Assembly (NCBI RefSeq): GCF_009914755.1
Contig: NC_060930.1
Reading direction: 5' to 3' (one strand)
DNA from: the human T2T-CHM13v2.0 reference genome, Homo sapiens
DNA: 64,000 nucleotides
The notes below the pieces were generated by a model. It saw nothing but the letters and a program-made list of their open reading frames with translations, did no database searches and was not told where the DNA came from. Every line of letters starts with the position of its first letter. The stretch's first letter is position 1. Of the stretch, positions 26,480 to 41,700 are shown piece after piece. Both the position numbers and the translations under genes were made by a program.

Positions 26480-28345
26480 TACAAGACATTTATTAAATAT
26501 TGAAATATTAAAAAGAATATTTACATTCACATATATTCATTGAACATATAGGTGAATAATACTAAGAATACTCATCACCAACCATCTGCTTTAAATAAAA
26601 TATTTCTATTACATTGAAACCCTTTGCATAACTTTCTTCCACCTCATCCTGTTTTCCTTAGGGAGGCAACTTCTTTCTTGAATTTCCTTTTGTATTCTTG
26701 ATTATATCTATTATTATACTAAAATTATTTTTACCCTTAATAAAACATTTTTAAATATTTTTAACTTTAATAATAAATTAAAGCAATCTTATGTTTCTCT
26801 GCAACATGCTTTTTGTGTCTTTGATGTTATTCCTGAGATTCAATCATGTTATTGTTTATAATTCTCATTTGTTCACTTTTACTTAAGTACAGAATTCCTT
26901 TATATATCATAATTTACTTATGTATGCTACCATTGAAGAACAACTGATTTCTTTTTTGGGGGGCTAAGACAAATAATACTGCCAAGGTCATACTGATACA
27001 TGTCTCCAGGTGTACACCTTCCCCTAGGGTGAATATGAAAAATCAGATTTTTATGGGACATCGATTTGCTCAAAATTTGCTGATTTTACTAATTTAAACT
27101 CTTCAACAATATAACAATGTTCCAGTTTCTCCACAACTTCATCTTTACTTCCTATTGTCAATTTTTTTTTAATTTTCTGCAAAATTGTTGGTGAGAAGTT
27201 GTATCTTATTGGTCTTACATTTCATTCCCCTGCTTATTAAAAGTTTTAGAATATCAATGTGTTGTTGGATCACGTTTCATATATCTATTCAGGACTTTTG
27301 CCCCTTTCTCTTTGAATAATCATTTTTCTTTTATTCATCATTTTTTTGGTCAGCTACATATGTTGCAATTTATTTTCTGCTCTAACTTGTTTTATTTTGT
27401 ACATGCTATTTTGAACAACTATAACTTTAAACATTAGTGATATCAAATTGATCTTTATTTTACTTTTGCTCATTGATTCTTAAAAAAATTAATGTCAACT
27501 GAGGTCATAAAGATATTCATCTGTATTGACTTCTAAAGGTTTTATTGTTTTTCCTTTAAAACTAAGGTTTTTAATCCACCTGGAATAATTTTTGTGCATA
27601 ATACAAGATAGGGTTCCAACTTCACTTATAATCCATGTAGATAATAAATTATATCAGCATCATCCATTTAAAACTTCATCAATTTACATAGAACCACAAA
27701 GCCCAATTTGTGATATATCAAAAATCTGCATAATGTGGATTGTTTCTGGACTTTTTTTTCTACTACTTGATGTTTTCTTAGTTCCTAGACTAATACTATT
27801 GTCTTATTTATCAAAAGACTATAATAATTTATAATATTTGATGATGCAATTCCCTTTTCCTGTTCTTCACAGGAATGTCTTAGAAAATTCTGGCACTTTC
27901 TCTTTACTATAAATTTTAGAATCTTCTTGATATGATACACAAAATAAACTGTAGGGATTTTGATGTTAAGTGTATTAAATCTATAAATTAGTTTGGGGAG
28001 CATTGACATTTACAGGTTATAGACTCTTCCTATATAAGAACCTGACATATGTGTCCATTTATTTAGGTCTTACTTAATGCTTCCAACAAAACATTTTTAC
28101 TTTCTTCAGAAAAAGCATGCTAGTAATATTCAAGTTACTTTGTTTCTGAGGTAGCTACAAGTAACATAAGTTGAAAATTATATTGTCCCAGAGTTATTTT
28201 AGTTTTTGCTCCTGTAGATAAATGCAACTGAGATTTATGTTAAGATTTTTAATACAATCAACTCAGTAACATTTTTTATTAGAAATCAGTTTATTTCTAT
28301 ATTTTTGTTTTTTACATATAGATAATTATGTCATCTGTGAATAAT
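26480..28345 (-). mobile_element. Ancient L1 (L1ME-like) fragment
   Basis: ORF 27785..28009 resembles ORF2 (MSMLPKLIYRFNTLNIKIP); degenerate antisense 3' UTR. Confidence 0.65.
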
Positions 28346-30221
<1,876 letters not shown>

Positions 30222-30355
30222 TCGTATCTTCAAACCTTTGGTATATAAAGCAACTGGCGAAACAAATCTGAAGACTTGTGTCTCACTCAGAGCTTTTGAA
30301 CTTGCTACTACGCCAAACCAATGTTCTTTAAAAAATAATAATGTAAAATACTCAA

Positions 30356-30687
30356 GGCCTGGCATGGTAGGTTACACCTGTAATCCCAGCACTTTGGAAG
30401 ACCAAGGCGGGCAGATCGCTTGAGGCCACGAGTTAGAGACCAGCTGTGCCAACCAAAAAAATTAGCCAGGAGTGGTGGTGTGAGCCTGTAATCCCAGCTA
30501 CTCCGGAGGCTGAGGCATGAAAATCTTTTGAACCCGGAGGCAGAGGCTGCAGCGAGCCAAGATCATGTCACTGCACTCCAGCCTGGGTGACAGAATGAGA
30601 CTCTGTACAATATATATATATATATGTTTGTATACCTATATGCAAAACATATATATATATATGTATACACACATACACACACACACC
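30356..30687 (+). mobile_element. Alu with ~30-bp internal deletion and (TA)n/(CA)n tail
   Basis: Alu body lacks the segment before the linker (gccaac-caaaaaaattagcc). Confidence 0.85.
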
Positions 30688-31080
30688 CAGACTTGTTCTA
30701 ATAGTCTATATCCACAACCAGATTTTTAAAAATCACAAAACTAACATTCTGGAAAATCATATTGTGTCACCAATGGTGAGACCCCTAAAGCTAAATGTAA
30801 ATTAACTATATTTACCATGATTTGTTTTACAATGTAATGATTCAATTGGAATACTTGTATGTTCACTATCTTATGTCATATTTTATTATTTTCTTTGGCT
30901 GCTTCAAAAACTGCTAATTTTAATACAAGTTCCAAGTTTAGGAAAAAAACATACTTTCACAATGCTTTATATTTTTCAGAGAATATTTGCATTCATTACA
31001 TCAACTGCAATTCATAGGGATTCTGTGAGCTGAGATGTCATTACATTACTTCTCAGGTGAATAATTTAGTGGACTTATTA

Positions 31081-31469
<389 letters not shown>

Positions 31470-34400
31470 TTAGAAGCCTATATCATATTTATTCCATGAT
31501 TTATTTCATGTTAGACACTTGCAATATCACAGCATGATTAAATTATGACTCCAAAAATAAAAAAATAAAAATGTTATTAAGAAAACACCAACAGCAGGAG
31601 AAACATTGTTTGTTACTCATTATTTCCTATCTCACATTCTTTATGAATAATTTCAAAAATGTTAAATGTTAAATGTTATAAAATAAATTGGGTTTATTAA
31701 ATGATTTGTTAAATAAAACAAATTTCTCCACTAAATATATATAAGGGCCATATAAAAGTTTATTATACACATATGTATATATATATATATATAAATAAAC
31801 ACACACATATATATAGAGAGAGAGGTTATACTGATTGAGACTAAATAGATAAGCTATTGATAAGCTGATTGATAAGCTAGAAAGACATAGTTTTGTTAAT
31901 CTGATAGCTAGTTTTTGTTGGTCTAATTCCTCATAGATATATAAATGTAACTATTTTAACAGTGTATAATAGGGGACAAGCTCAAGTTATGTATCAAGTT
32001 TTGATTTATTCATATTTTCCTATCTAATCCTTGTGAAAAATAGTGATATTGATGTCACAGGCCATAGTTACAAAACATGCAACTAAATGAATCACAGATA
32101 AATTCATCTCATTACCTTAGCTTACTAAAAATATTTATTTTTATGTTCTTACTAAACTAACTCCTATGGTTCACTTTTTGCCTTTTATAGGATTATCCAT
32201 CCACTGCATATAGTATTTTCCCTTGCAATAGCCTTTGTGTGTGCTGTTGAAAATCAATAACCTTGAATGCTGTGTGTGGTGGCAAGTCTACCAACTCTGT
32301 CAGACAAGGAGAGAGAGGACAATTAAGATATTGCATTTAGGCATGTGTATTAACTCACCATCTCACATGGAAAAGGTAATGCGTGTAACCCTCACAATAG
32401 TGGAGTATAGGGAGCTTTTAAATAGGGAGTTTAATCTCCTTTAGAGCAAAGCCACACTCTCTGTTGCCCTAGGTTTTTGGCAAGATTCCCAGAAGCTGCA
32501 GTCATTCATGAGCCACACACTCTGTTCTTTGGAAAATTGCAATGAGATCCTCACACAGTGCAACCAATGCTCTCGTTTTGGACGCCTCATCTGTAAAACA
32601 TCCCCTCACACATGTGTATACACGTGCGTGGTACTTAACTCAGCCACCACCGAAGAATGGAGCACTGCAGGGATTTGAACCTGTAGTTGCAGGAAGTCCA
32701 AGTATTTCAAACCTTATGTGTCGACTATAAAACCATTCCCTCTGGCTGATTATTCTGGAATTAAAATGTAGTTCATGTTAAGCAAGCTTGGAAAATTCCC
32801 AAATCAAATAAGCTTGTTTAGAAGGGTTGTTCTCTCTTTAGAAATGCTGAAGCCACAGCTTTATTCCACCTTGGTTCCCTTTGACTTTTGTAATGTACTC
32901 TTACGTTCTCATTCACACTAAACTCTGTGAAATTTGAATAAGATTTCTCTACAAATGAGATATGCTGAGTGTAACTATAAAATGTAATACAGTACACAAT
33001 ATGTGTTTACTTATTTAAATTCTGGAGCTATGAAAAATTAGTAGTATATTTTATTTTGAAGGCAAGGGGAAATCTCTTTCACTACTATTGTTTGTTTAAC
33101 AGAATAGAGTGTGAGATTGTATCTTGACTGGGTAAACTAAAATGGCTAATTAGATCAATATGTATAAATCTTAAATGTTTCCTATGCAATATTTTATAGG
33201 TATGTATATTTGATGTTCATACTAATTGAGGTTGTCAATTTCAATAAATACACTTGTCTTATATTTCATTTACTTTATTTTGAAATATCGAATTTTGTTA
33301 AAGTTCTTGTTTAAAAATGAAGAGATTGAAAATCTAGTAGGTCAGCTTTTGGATATATGCACTTTCTGAAGTTTACACACATCTAAGATACATATGTTAT
33401 ATTTAAACATATAACTTAAATTACACACACACATATCATTAAACAGAAAAGGCAAAACAGCATATAATATCTGTTACCACTGCCAATAGCAAAAGCATAA
33501 GACAATGTCTATTCTATCTCTTCATAACATAAAATTTTGCTCTAATTTAACTGGAAATAAACAGTTTCACATTAAGCTTTGGCAAATAATATTTATAGCA
33601 ATTAAGCTATTTCAGTTACTGAAGTTGTATAATCCTTAGCATTAACTGGCAATCAAGAAAGGAACCTCCAGAGCTTCAGGTTTGCAGACAGTGCAGTTAG
33701 ATACCTTAAGACATGCTTTCTTTGCATGTACACTAGTTGTTTTGTTCACCTCATACACATACCTATAGCTTTTTTGTTGTTGTTACAGAGACATTTTCTT
33801 TGATATTATCATGTTATATTTCCTCAGAGCATTTTCTACCCCAGGGCTGAATGTGCTTTTGCAAAACTGATTTCATTAATTCTTCTAATACTTCTGTGAT
33901 TTTAAAAAAGAAACGAGAGTGGCAGAGAGAGGGCAGGTGGTGTTTTTTTTTATTTTTATAGAGAAACTGAGACACTCAGAAGTTTATGTAGTTTCCTAGG
34001 CAATAATACATTTAAGTCAAGAAAACAAAATATAAGTAAAATATAAGCAAAAAATTAGCAAGCCCTCATAGCTCGTTTTTATTTTTTATTTTACCTTTAT
34101 TTTCTTTGCACAGAAACATATAACCTGGCTTTATTTGTATTTTATATAGTTAAATTGAAGATGGCTTGCTCTCTCCAGGATTAGCACATTGTTTAGAAAC
34201 TGGACACTTCCAAACAACAAAAACCAGAGTCAAAACCCATGTGGCCTTACTCAATTGTCCCCAGCAATTTCAATTTGGTATCTTCTGCAGATTTCATGAT
34301 TGGCTATGAGGCAATGCATTAGAACACATGTAGAGAGACAATGGGGAGTTCCTTTTAAGACAACTCAACTTTGACATAAATGCAAAAAATGAAATACTTC

Positions 34401-36148
34401 ATAGAAATTAAAATATATATCCTATAAATAGTTATACCAATATATGTATGTGTATATATTTGCTTCATTGATATTTACAACTAAGAAGGAAGAATAAAAA
34501 TTAGTTAACCGGAAAATACAGGATGCAGAGTATGTGCCAAAACATGCTTCCATAGACAGATGAAAATTTGAGCATCATTTAAGATCCTACACATAATATA
34601 AGACACAATAACCTGGAAAAATCTGTTTGCATTTTAGTGAAAAATAAGGCTAAGAAGAAACAATCATCATTTGATAACAATCTTTTACTTTCTACTTATT
34701 CTATTAAAGTATATAAATTATAATTGAAATATTTTCTGTAGCCAATATGTCATCAGGGTCATAAAAACAAGAAAATTAAATTAGATCTGTTTTTGAATTG
34801 ATATTTTCTTTTTAACTTGTCTCGTTGTTACATTTTTTTCTGAAATGAATTTATCAATCTTTTGAAGCTCTCAAGCCATATAAAATGAGGTGTTATTAAT
34901 GGGATGTATTTGGTTGCCTAAACTGATTTAATATGCATTTTTATATCTTGTGTATGAATGAAAATATTTACTTTAAAATATATTGAAGAGTCATAGTATT
35001 ATTTTTACTGTTAAAAATGATGCTACGTAATTCAGCTTCCTTAAGGGGAATACTGAAGACATTTAAACCTGTTTAGAACTTTCTTCTGAAATTGCACATT
35101 TTATTTATATTACAAAGAACATTTTTTCTTGTTCATCACTTGGAAGACATATTATTGCAAGTTAATAGGATAGTAGACATAGTTAATAGTTACTGTATTA
35201 TTTAAAATTTCACAATTTCCATAAAAACCACTTTTTATATTTTTTCCTTTGGCATTTTTACTCAGATTAAAATGTATATTTAATTTGAGAAAAAACACTA
35301 ACATTGGAATAAAATTCAACATTTGTGCAAATCAAGTAATTTTGCAAATTTAGTGTAAACTTGACAAAAGGATAACTGTGAGATGAGACTGAAAGAGGAA
35401 AATTGTGGTTAAAGGATCAACTGGAAGAAACCTGCTGTAAGAGATTATATTTATGAACAATTTCTTAAAGACAACATTATTAGAAACTAAGTTTGTAATA
35501 AATTCTGTATGAAACAAATGTAAATAAAGTAAAACATATTATTATAAAAGTAAGCCCTCGATGAAAATTGGTTGTTAAAGAGCCTATTGGCATTATAGAG
35601 AAAATAAGCCTGAAAGAACAGCTCCAGTTGTCATATCTGTTCAGATATTTTGCAAAGTTTTGACATTGAAAAATTCACATTTAAAAAATAGAGGTGAACC
35701 CGAGCACACAGAAAATAATTTCATAGAGATTTCAATTTGTTACACAGTATGACCGTGCATTTGAAAGACTGTGTTTTTTTTATTTTTGACGTATGTAAGA
35801 GAAACAGATATCTAATATTTTTTATGTCAACTAGCGTTGTACAAAGAAGATAATCAGTTTCATGTTCCTCTCACATGTGTGGCAGGCCTCACTGAAGACA
35901 ACTGGAGCTAGAATCAGAGAGATTTCCAGCAATTCTTGAAACAAAGCAAAGTAAGAAAGCTCAAAGCTTTTGCAGAAATTGTGACATTTGACTCAAGTTA
36001 ATGACCCCACTCCCTATGTAGCTATAAATGATAACAACAATAACAAAAAGAGCGTAGCTGTTACAGTGACATGCTTTTTCTTGAGAAAAATATTGCAATT
36101 TAAAATAAACTTTTATTTCAGAGTTCATCCACCACCCTACCCCCAGCC

Positions 36149-36150
<2 letters not shown>

Positions 36151-36198
<48 letters not shown>

Positions 36199-36200
36199 CA
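36151..36200. repeat. (CA)20 CG (CA)4 microsatellite
   Basis: Directly visible. Confidence 0.97.
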
Positions 36201-37799
36201 AATGTAAGCTTCAGAGATATTCACTCAAACTGAAAGAGCCATCCATGAATTTTGGTCGTCTTTGTGTTATATCCTAAGATAGTTTTTACCTTTCTTCCTG
36301 TGTGATATAGATGCAGGTTAACAACAAAAACAATGAAAAAATTTAAAAATCAACAGCTTGAAGAGTGCTAATTAGAACCAATTATAATTTCATTGTCCTG
36401 CCATGGTTCACTATGTCCTGGTTAAAAAAATAGTAATAATTTTGATTTCTGTACATGTCTGGCTTTATGCACATGGCTGATTGGAGAAGTTTAATATTCA
36501 ACACATGTGCGTAAAGTAATCCTTTAGACTAGCAGTCTAAAGGTAGCAATAACCTATACAATTCCTTGTGTTAATTTCTAATTAATGTGATTAAATAAAT
36601 ACCATCAGACTTCAAAAGGACCACTTACTTTATGGAACCAGTGTTTATTTAACTGGTATGTGAAATTGGTTTTCATGTCAATAAAGATATTAAAGTTTCT
36701 ATATTGTGTATTCATCATGAAATCATAGAAATGACTATACTAACAACAAAGAAGAAAGTTCCCTCAAATCAATTTGGTTCTTGAGGAAAGCAATTCAATC
36801 TTAATGTAACCTACACTAGTTAACAAAAGATATTTCATGAGCTTTGGTTAGAAATGTAATACAGTAACCTAGAATTACCTTACATCTAAGTTTAGCAACT
36901 ACCATTTTCAAACTGTCTGTACCTAGCTTAAAAAGTTGTCTACTCCCATCTAGCGGTCATAATGTTAAATTTCCTTTCAAAACTTAGCAGCCTGAATGGT
37001 CTGCATTAAGGCAAATGGAACTGCTGTTTTATTGTCAGAATTAAATAATTAATGCAGTTAACAACATCTGCATAGATTAAGTAATTCAGCCTCATGGGTT
37101 TTGTTGATAGCAGTAATTTTAAAGGCAGCATAAAATGGTTTTAGTCTGATTTATGGAGCGTAGCTCATGCTGCCAGAGCCGCATGGAGTTCATTGACTGA
37201 AAAACTCCGAGGATCACTCAGGAGGATTGCCGTAGTTCTATAGTCAACAATCTCTTATGAATATTTTATAAAAATGTCTATGTATAAAGAAAAGGAAAGT
37301 TCAAGCAATGAGGTCCTCTGTGTACAACTGAACTCCAGAATATAAAAATAGATGATTGATCTCTTCAAACCCTTGTTAAAGAAAAATTAAGACTGTCAGT
37401 TTTTAAAATAAAATATGCTTTAACATTTTTATCATGTAATCTTTATTTTTAGTACCAAAATGCAGACTAGAAGAGCATTTGTTGTGTTAATGATACCTGA
37501 TTTTCAAAAACAAACAAAAAAACCTGAAAAGAAAACAAATTCCATTTCATATTTCAGCAAAAGGAAGTGGTTTTGTTTTGTTTTGATTTTAAATCGTCCT
37601 AATATAGCAGCACGTGACTTGGTGTGGGTATAATGTCATACATTTACATATGTTGGATTAATTGGAACCTTGTACAATGGTGAAATGCAGCTCCATGTCA
37701 ACAAATATAATTAAATCCTCGTAGTATCTATGCAGTTGGAAATAACTACTCGCTCTTTTCCAGTGAGTAGAAATGTGAGCTAATTATCCAGCAGAGCAT

Positions 37800-38400
37800 A
37801 TCTACTTATTTTACTCACTAAAATACATTGAGCATCTCCATACAAATACCATACTGGTGTTCAGCAAAAATCTAGGGTTTATGTCGCTATTGAACAGACA
37901 AGAGAAGCATACATCATAACTCCAAACAAAGGAATGGTCTAGTCATAACATAGTGTCGGGGTTCTAATGGAAGTAGGAAACCACAGTGGTTGGGAAAGCT
38001 CCTGGGGGTGATAGGGTTTGATCTAAAGATTGAATAATGAGTGTGATTTGTGTTAGAAGCAAGAAGATAATGGCTTCAACAGAAACAAAGATGCTAAGTT
38101 AAGAGCAAATTAGATATGTTTGAGGGAAAGCTAGCAGATTATTCTCTCAAGAATAGAGAAGACTCATGCCAGGAAACAGTGGGAGATAGTTAGAAAAGTA
38201 GTTTGGACCAGACTAGAAAGCATCCTGAATGCCTCGACATGCAGGAAAGCTGAGTAAGCTGAGGTTGGACAGATGAGTTTTCACTGCAGGTATAAAATAA
38301 ATATGGGAAAATGTAACACGCGAATTCCTGCAAGATGACTACAAAGAAAAAAATTATTAGAAGCTTGTTCACTTACATAAAAACCATGAGAGTTGTGCAG
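37800..38400 (-). mobile_element. L2 fragment, degenerate
   Basis: Antisense L2 pattern (tacattgagcatct..., tttgatctaaagattgaataatgagt..., gaccagactagaaagcatcctgaatgcc). Confidence 0.45.
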
Positions 38401-38645
38401 TGGTTAGTTGATCAGGATAAATTGAAAAGTTGTACTATGGAACATACTTACTGATTCATGCGTATAAGCATCAACACTTTTAGCATCTACTATGTGCTAG
38501 GGACAGGTATGAGTATTTAGGGTTTACATTTAAATGCTATTTAAAATGTTAGAAACATAATATGTATTAGTGGCAGCATAAAGAATATATATTTTTCATC
38601 ACTGTAAAACACAATGTAGAATCAATACTCAACTATACTTAAAGT

Positions 38646-38759
38646 TAATGTAGATAACGGGTTGATGGGTGCAGCAAAGCACCGTGGCACGTGTATACCT
38701 ATGTAACAAACCTGCACGTTCTGCACACGTATCCCAGAACTTAAAGTATAATAATAAAA
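38646..38759 (+). mobile_element. Short L1PA (PA6-8-like) 3' end
   Basis: taatgtagataacgggttgatgggtgcagc...tatcccagaacttaaagtataataata. Confidence 0.9.
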
Positions 38760-41700
38760 CAACTTGGATTAAAAATTGAAAAAAAAGAGGTTTAGGGTTA
38801 ATTACAAAGCCTAATTCAGATGTTTTATGTATAATTTATTTTAAAAAAATTTTTTAATCTATTTTGAGTTTTTACTTGTTCAATAGAACTGCCATTAAAA
38901 AGCTAGAACAATTGTGATGAACTGAAATGGTATGAAAAACAATGAGTGTAAGTCATTTTAAATTAAACTAAATTATCTTAAAACTTTGGCAACTAATATC
39001 AACCAGTGACTTCTAGTAAGACAGGGAACAATAAATAATAAATCACTTTTTTTTAAAAAGTGCATATCAATTTATTACTCTGTTTCAGACTGTCCCTCCA
39101 CTGACGTACATGTGAAAGAATAAGTGTGATTTGTGTGTGAGATACATATACATGTGCATATATTTATATATCTCACTTGCAAATAGATAAATGATAGGTG
39201 TAAAAGATAAAAATCACTAAACTATAAGTAAACATATCAAATATAAGTATAATATAATTTTTAACTTATATTCTTTAGAAACCAGAACTGAGTATTTCAA
39301 TTCCCAGTGTCTAAAATATGACAGTATGGAATTTTATCCTTTGAGTAGATTTTAAAATTGATTCATATTTGTAGTGAAAAATATTTCTTTGTAATTATTT
39401 AGGCAAATACAAATTTAAAAAAATAAACTTCCCTGTTATATTTAATGATACTATTTCAGATAAAGTTAAAATGGCAAATATTCCAATCGTACATGTGTGT
39501 GTTAATCATTGCATTTCACAAGTCTAGTTTTACATTCTAAAATAATTCACATTCTAGAAAGATATTAGAATTTTTAAAAATTTAGCACTTGAAACAAACG
39601 CCTTTCACAAACACATTTTGTAAAATAAAATATTAAATGAATTTAACCAGGGTAATATTTTAAATTTTTTTGGCTGAAGGATTTTAGTAAGCTCCCATGA
39701 GGCATGTTTTCTTTTGCTGATGGGCTGAAAGATAGGATGATTCAATGACTTTGATGTGCTTTTATCAAGGTACATCAAGACTAAAATCAACACCATCAAA
39801 CAAAACTATTTTTTTATTTTGTTTTCTTAGGATAAAAGAAAGCATATGCCTTTGGATTAAGAAAAAAACAAAGCAAAACCAAAACAATAAAGTTTGCCTG
39901 CGATAGGCAGGTGAGTCAGAGGAGTGAAGTTCTGCTTAGTGAATCATTCCAAGAGGTATTTTGTTTAGCTGTTTCAAGACTCATGCCTCCACCCTCCCCC
40001 AACCATTTTTTTTTTTTAATATTGTAGTAAAGAACAAAGGCGATCAACAGGAAAAGCAATATAGTAATTAAGTAGTAATTGGTAGAAGAGGCTTTGGGGT
40101 TAAAATTAATAAAACCAGCATGATGTACATTAAGACTGTATAAATATTTAAGGAACTACAGCCTGCTTGGAGATTTAAACCGATTAGCAAAACATTTGAA
40201 TCTGGAGATTCAAATGTTTCAGGTAGATAAAATAAACAGAGACTGCTTGTTGGAAATATGATCAGTTTTCGTCCTGGGAGTGCTGTATTTTTTTTATTTT
40301 AATCATCAAAATAAAACACTTTTGATGTTTTGTGTAAAAGGTTTTATATTGCATCTAACGCAATGCAGGAAATGGAATCACAAATGAAATCATTGCAGAT
40401 GTTTTTCTTTTCTTGTCAGATCATGTATTATAGATGGAATTCTGGCCTTTCACATTGAAATTAAAGGGAAAGTATAACACAAGAAACTGAAAACTCATCC
40501 TTCAGGATTTTCTTTGCTGGTAATATTGATACATAAAAATTTATCTACGGGCAGGAAATCATTTAAAGGTAAAATAGTTATTCTTCATTTCCAGCAATCC
40601 AAATGATATAGTCAATGTAATTGAAAATAATTAATAGAGGCATTATAACTTCTCTTTAATCCATTTCCTTTCTCTTACAAAATCTACTACAGGAATTTGA
40701 TATAAATTTCAGGATTTAATATTTAACATCTAGATGAAATTTTTAAAAACAGAACTATTAATTGAATGTTGGCAAATATATGCATGCTTATATTTAATTA
40801 GACAAAATGTCTAATAATTTAAAGGTATTTTATAATTTTTACCTGAACCCTTTTGTAGCACACAGCATTAAACTTGACAATGTTTAGAATTAATACTAGG
40901 TTCTGAGTTATATTCACACAAGATCAAAATACCCACATGAATAGGGACACTTTCGTAATCATTTGGGCAAAACTAAATGTTCAATATAAACACATTCTGT
41001 TGATTCAACAAATTAATCATTAACTCACAAAATTAGTTAGCATCAGGTGTACTGTGAATTATGAGATACCTACCTTACATCAGAATTCCTCAGCAAAGAT
41101 CTATATATTTAGTATCTTTATACTCAGTTCCCGTGAAAACATTAATTTTTGCTAGTAGAATGCATCTGTAGAGAATACACACCCATACCAAGGCCAGTAC
41201 ATTTAGGTTCCTATTTGCAATTTTAAATTTGTATTTGTAGAAATGCCAAATAAATGTTTTGAACAAGAAAAGAGTGATAGAATAGCCAATAATTGTCAGT
41301 GAATACATCAAAGCTTTTCTTTCTATTGACAGAGCACTGGGGAGAAATGCTTATAAAAGGGGGTTGTAGTCAGAAGACTTTCTCTCTAATAGATATTAGG
41401 CACTATGTGGGTCAGGAAACAAGCTAAGACAACGATCCATCAAGAATACCTTGTCCTAAATATGTCAAATATTTAAGTTTTCTTTTTCTTGTTTATGTTT
41501 TCTACATCTTCTCCCTGGCCTATTTTTCTTACTTAAAAATACAACAAAACAAACTATCATTCCATAGCATTGATTTTTAGCTCTTGGCCATACCCAATCT
41601 TAGACTATTTTCTCAATATTATCTTTTTTGGAATACTACATTCAAAATTCTTGTTGTTAATACAAATAGGGAATTTTGATGTTCTTTTTAAAACAAGCCA

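Noticed and set aside
32191-32375. Possible + strand exon (branch ctaac, ttttatag|G ... AAG|GTAATG)
   Set aside because: Stops in all frames and an ordinary donor; not distinguishable from chance without RNA data
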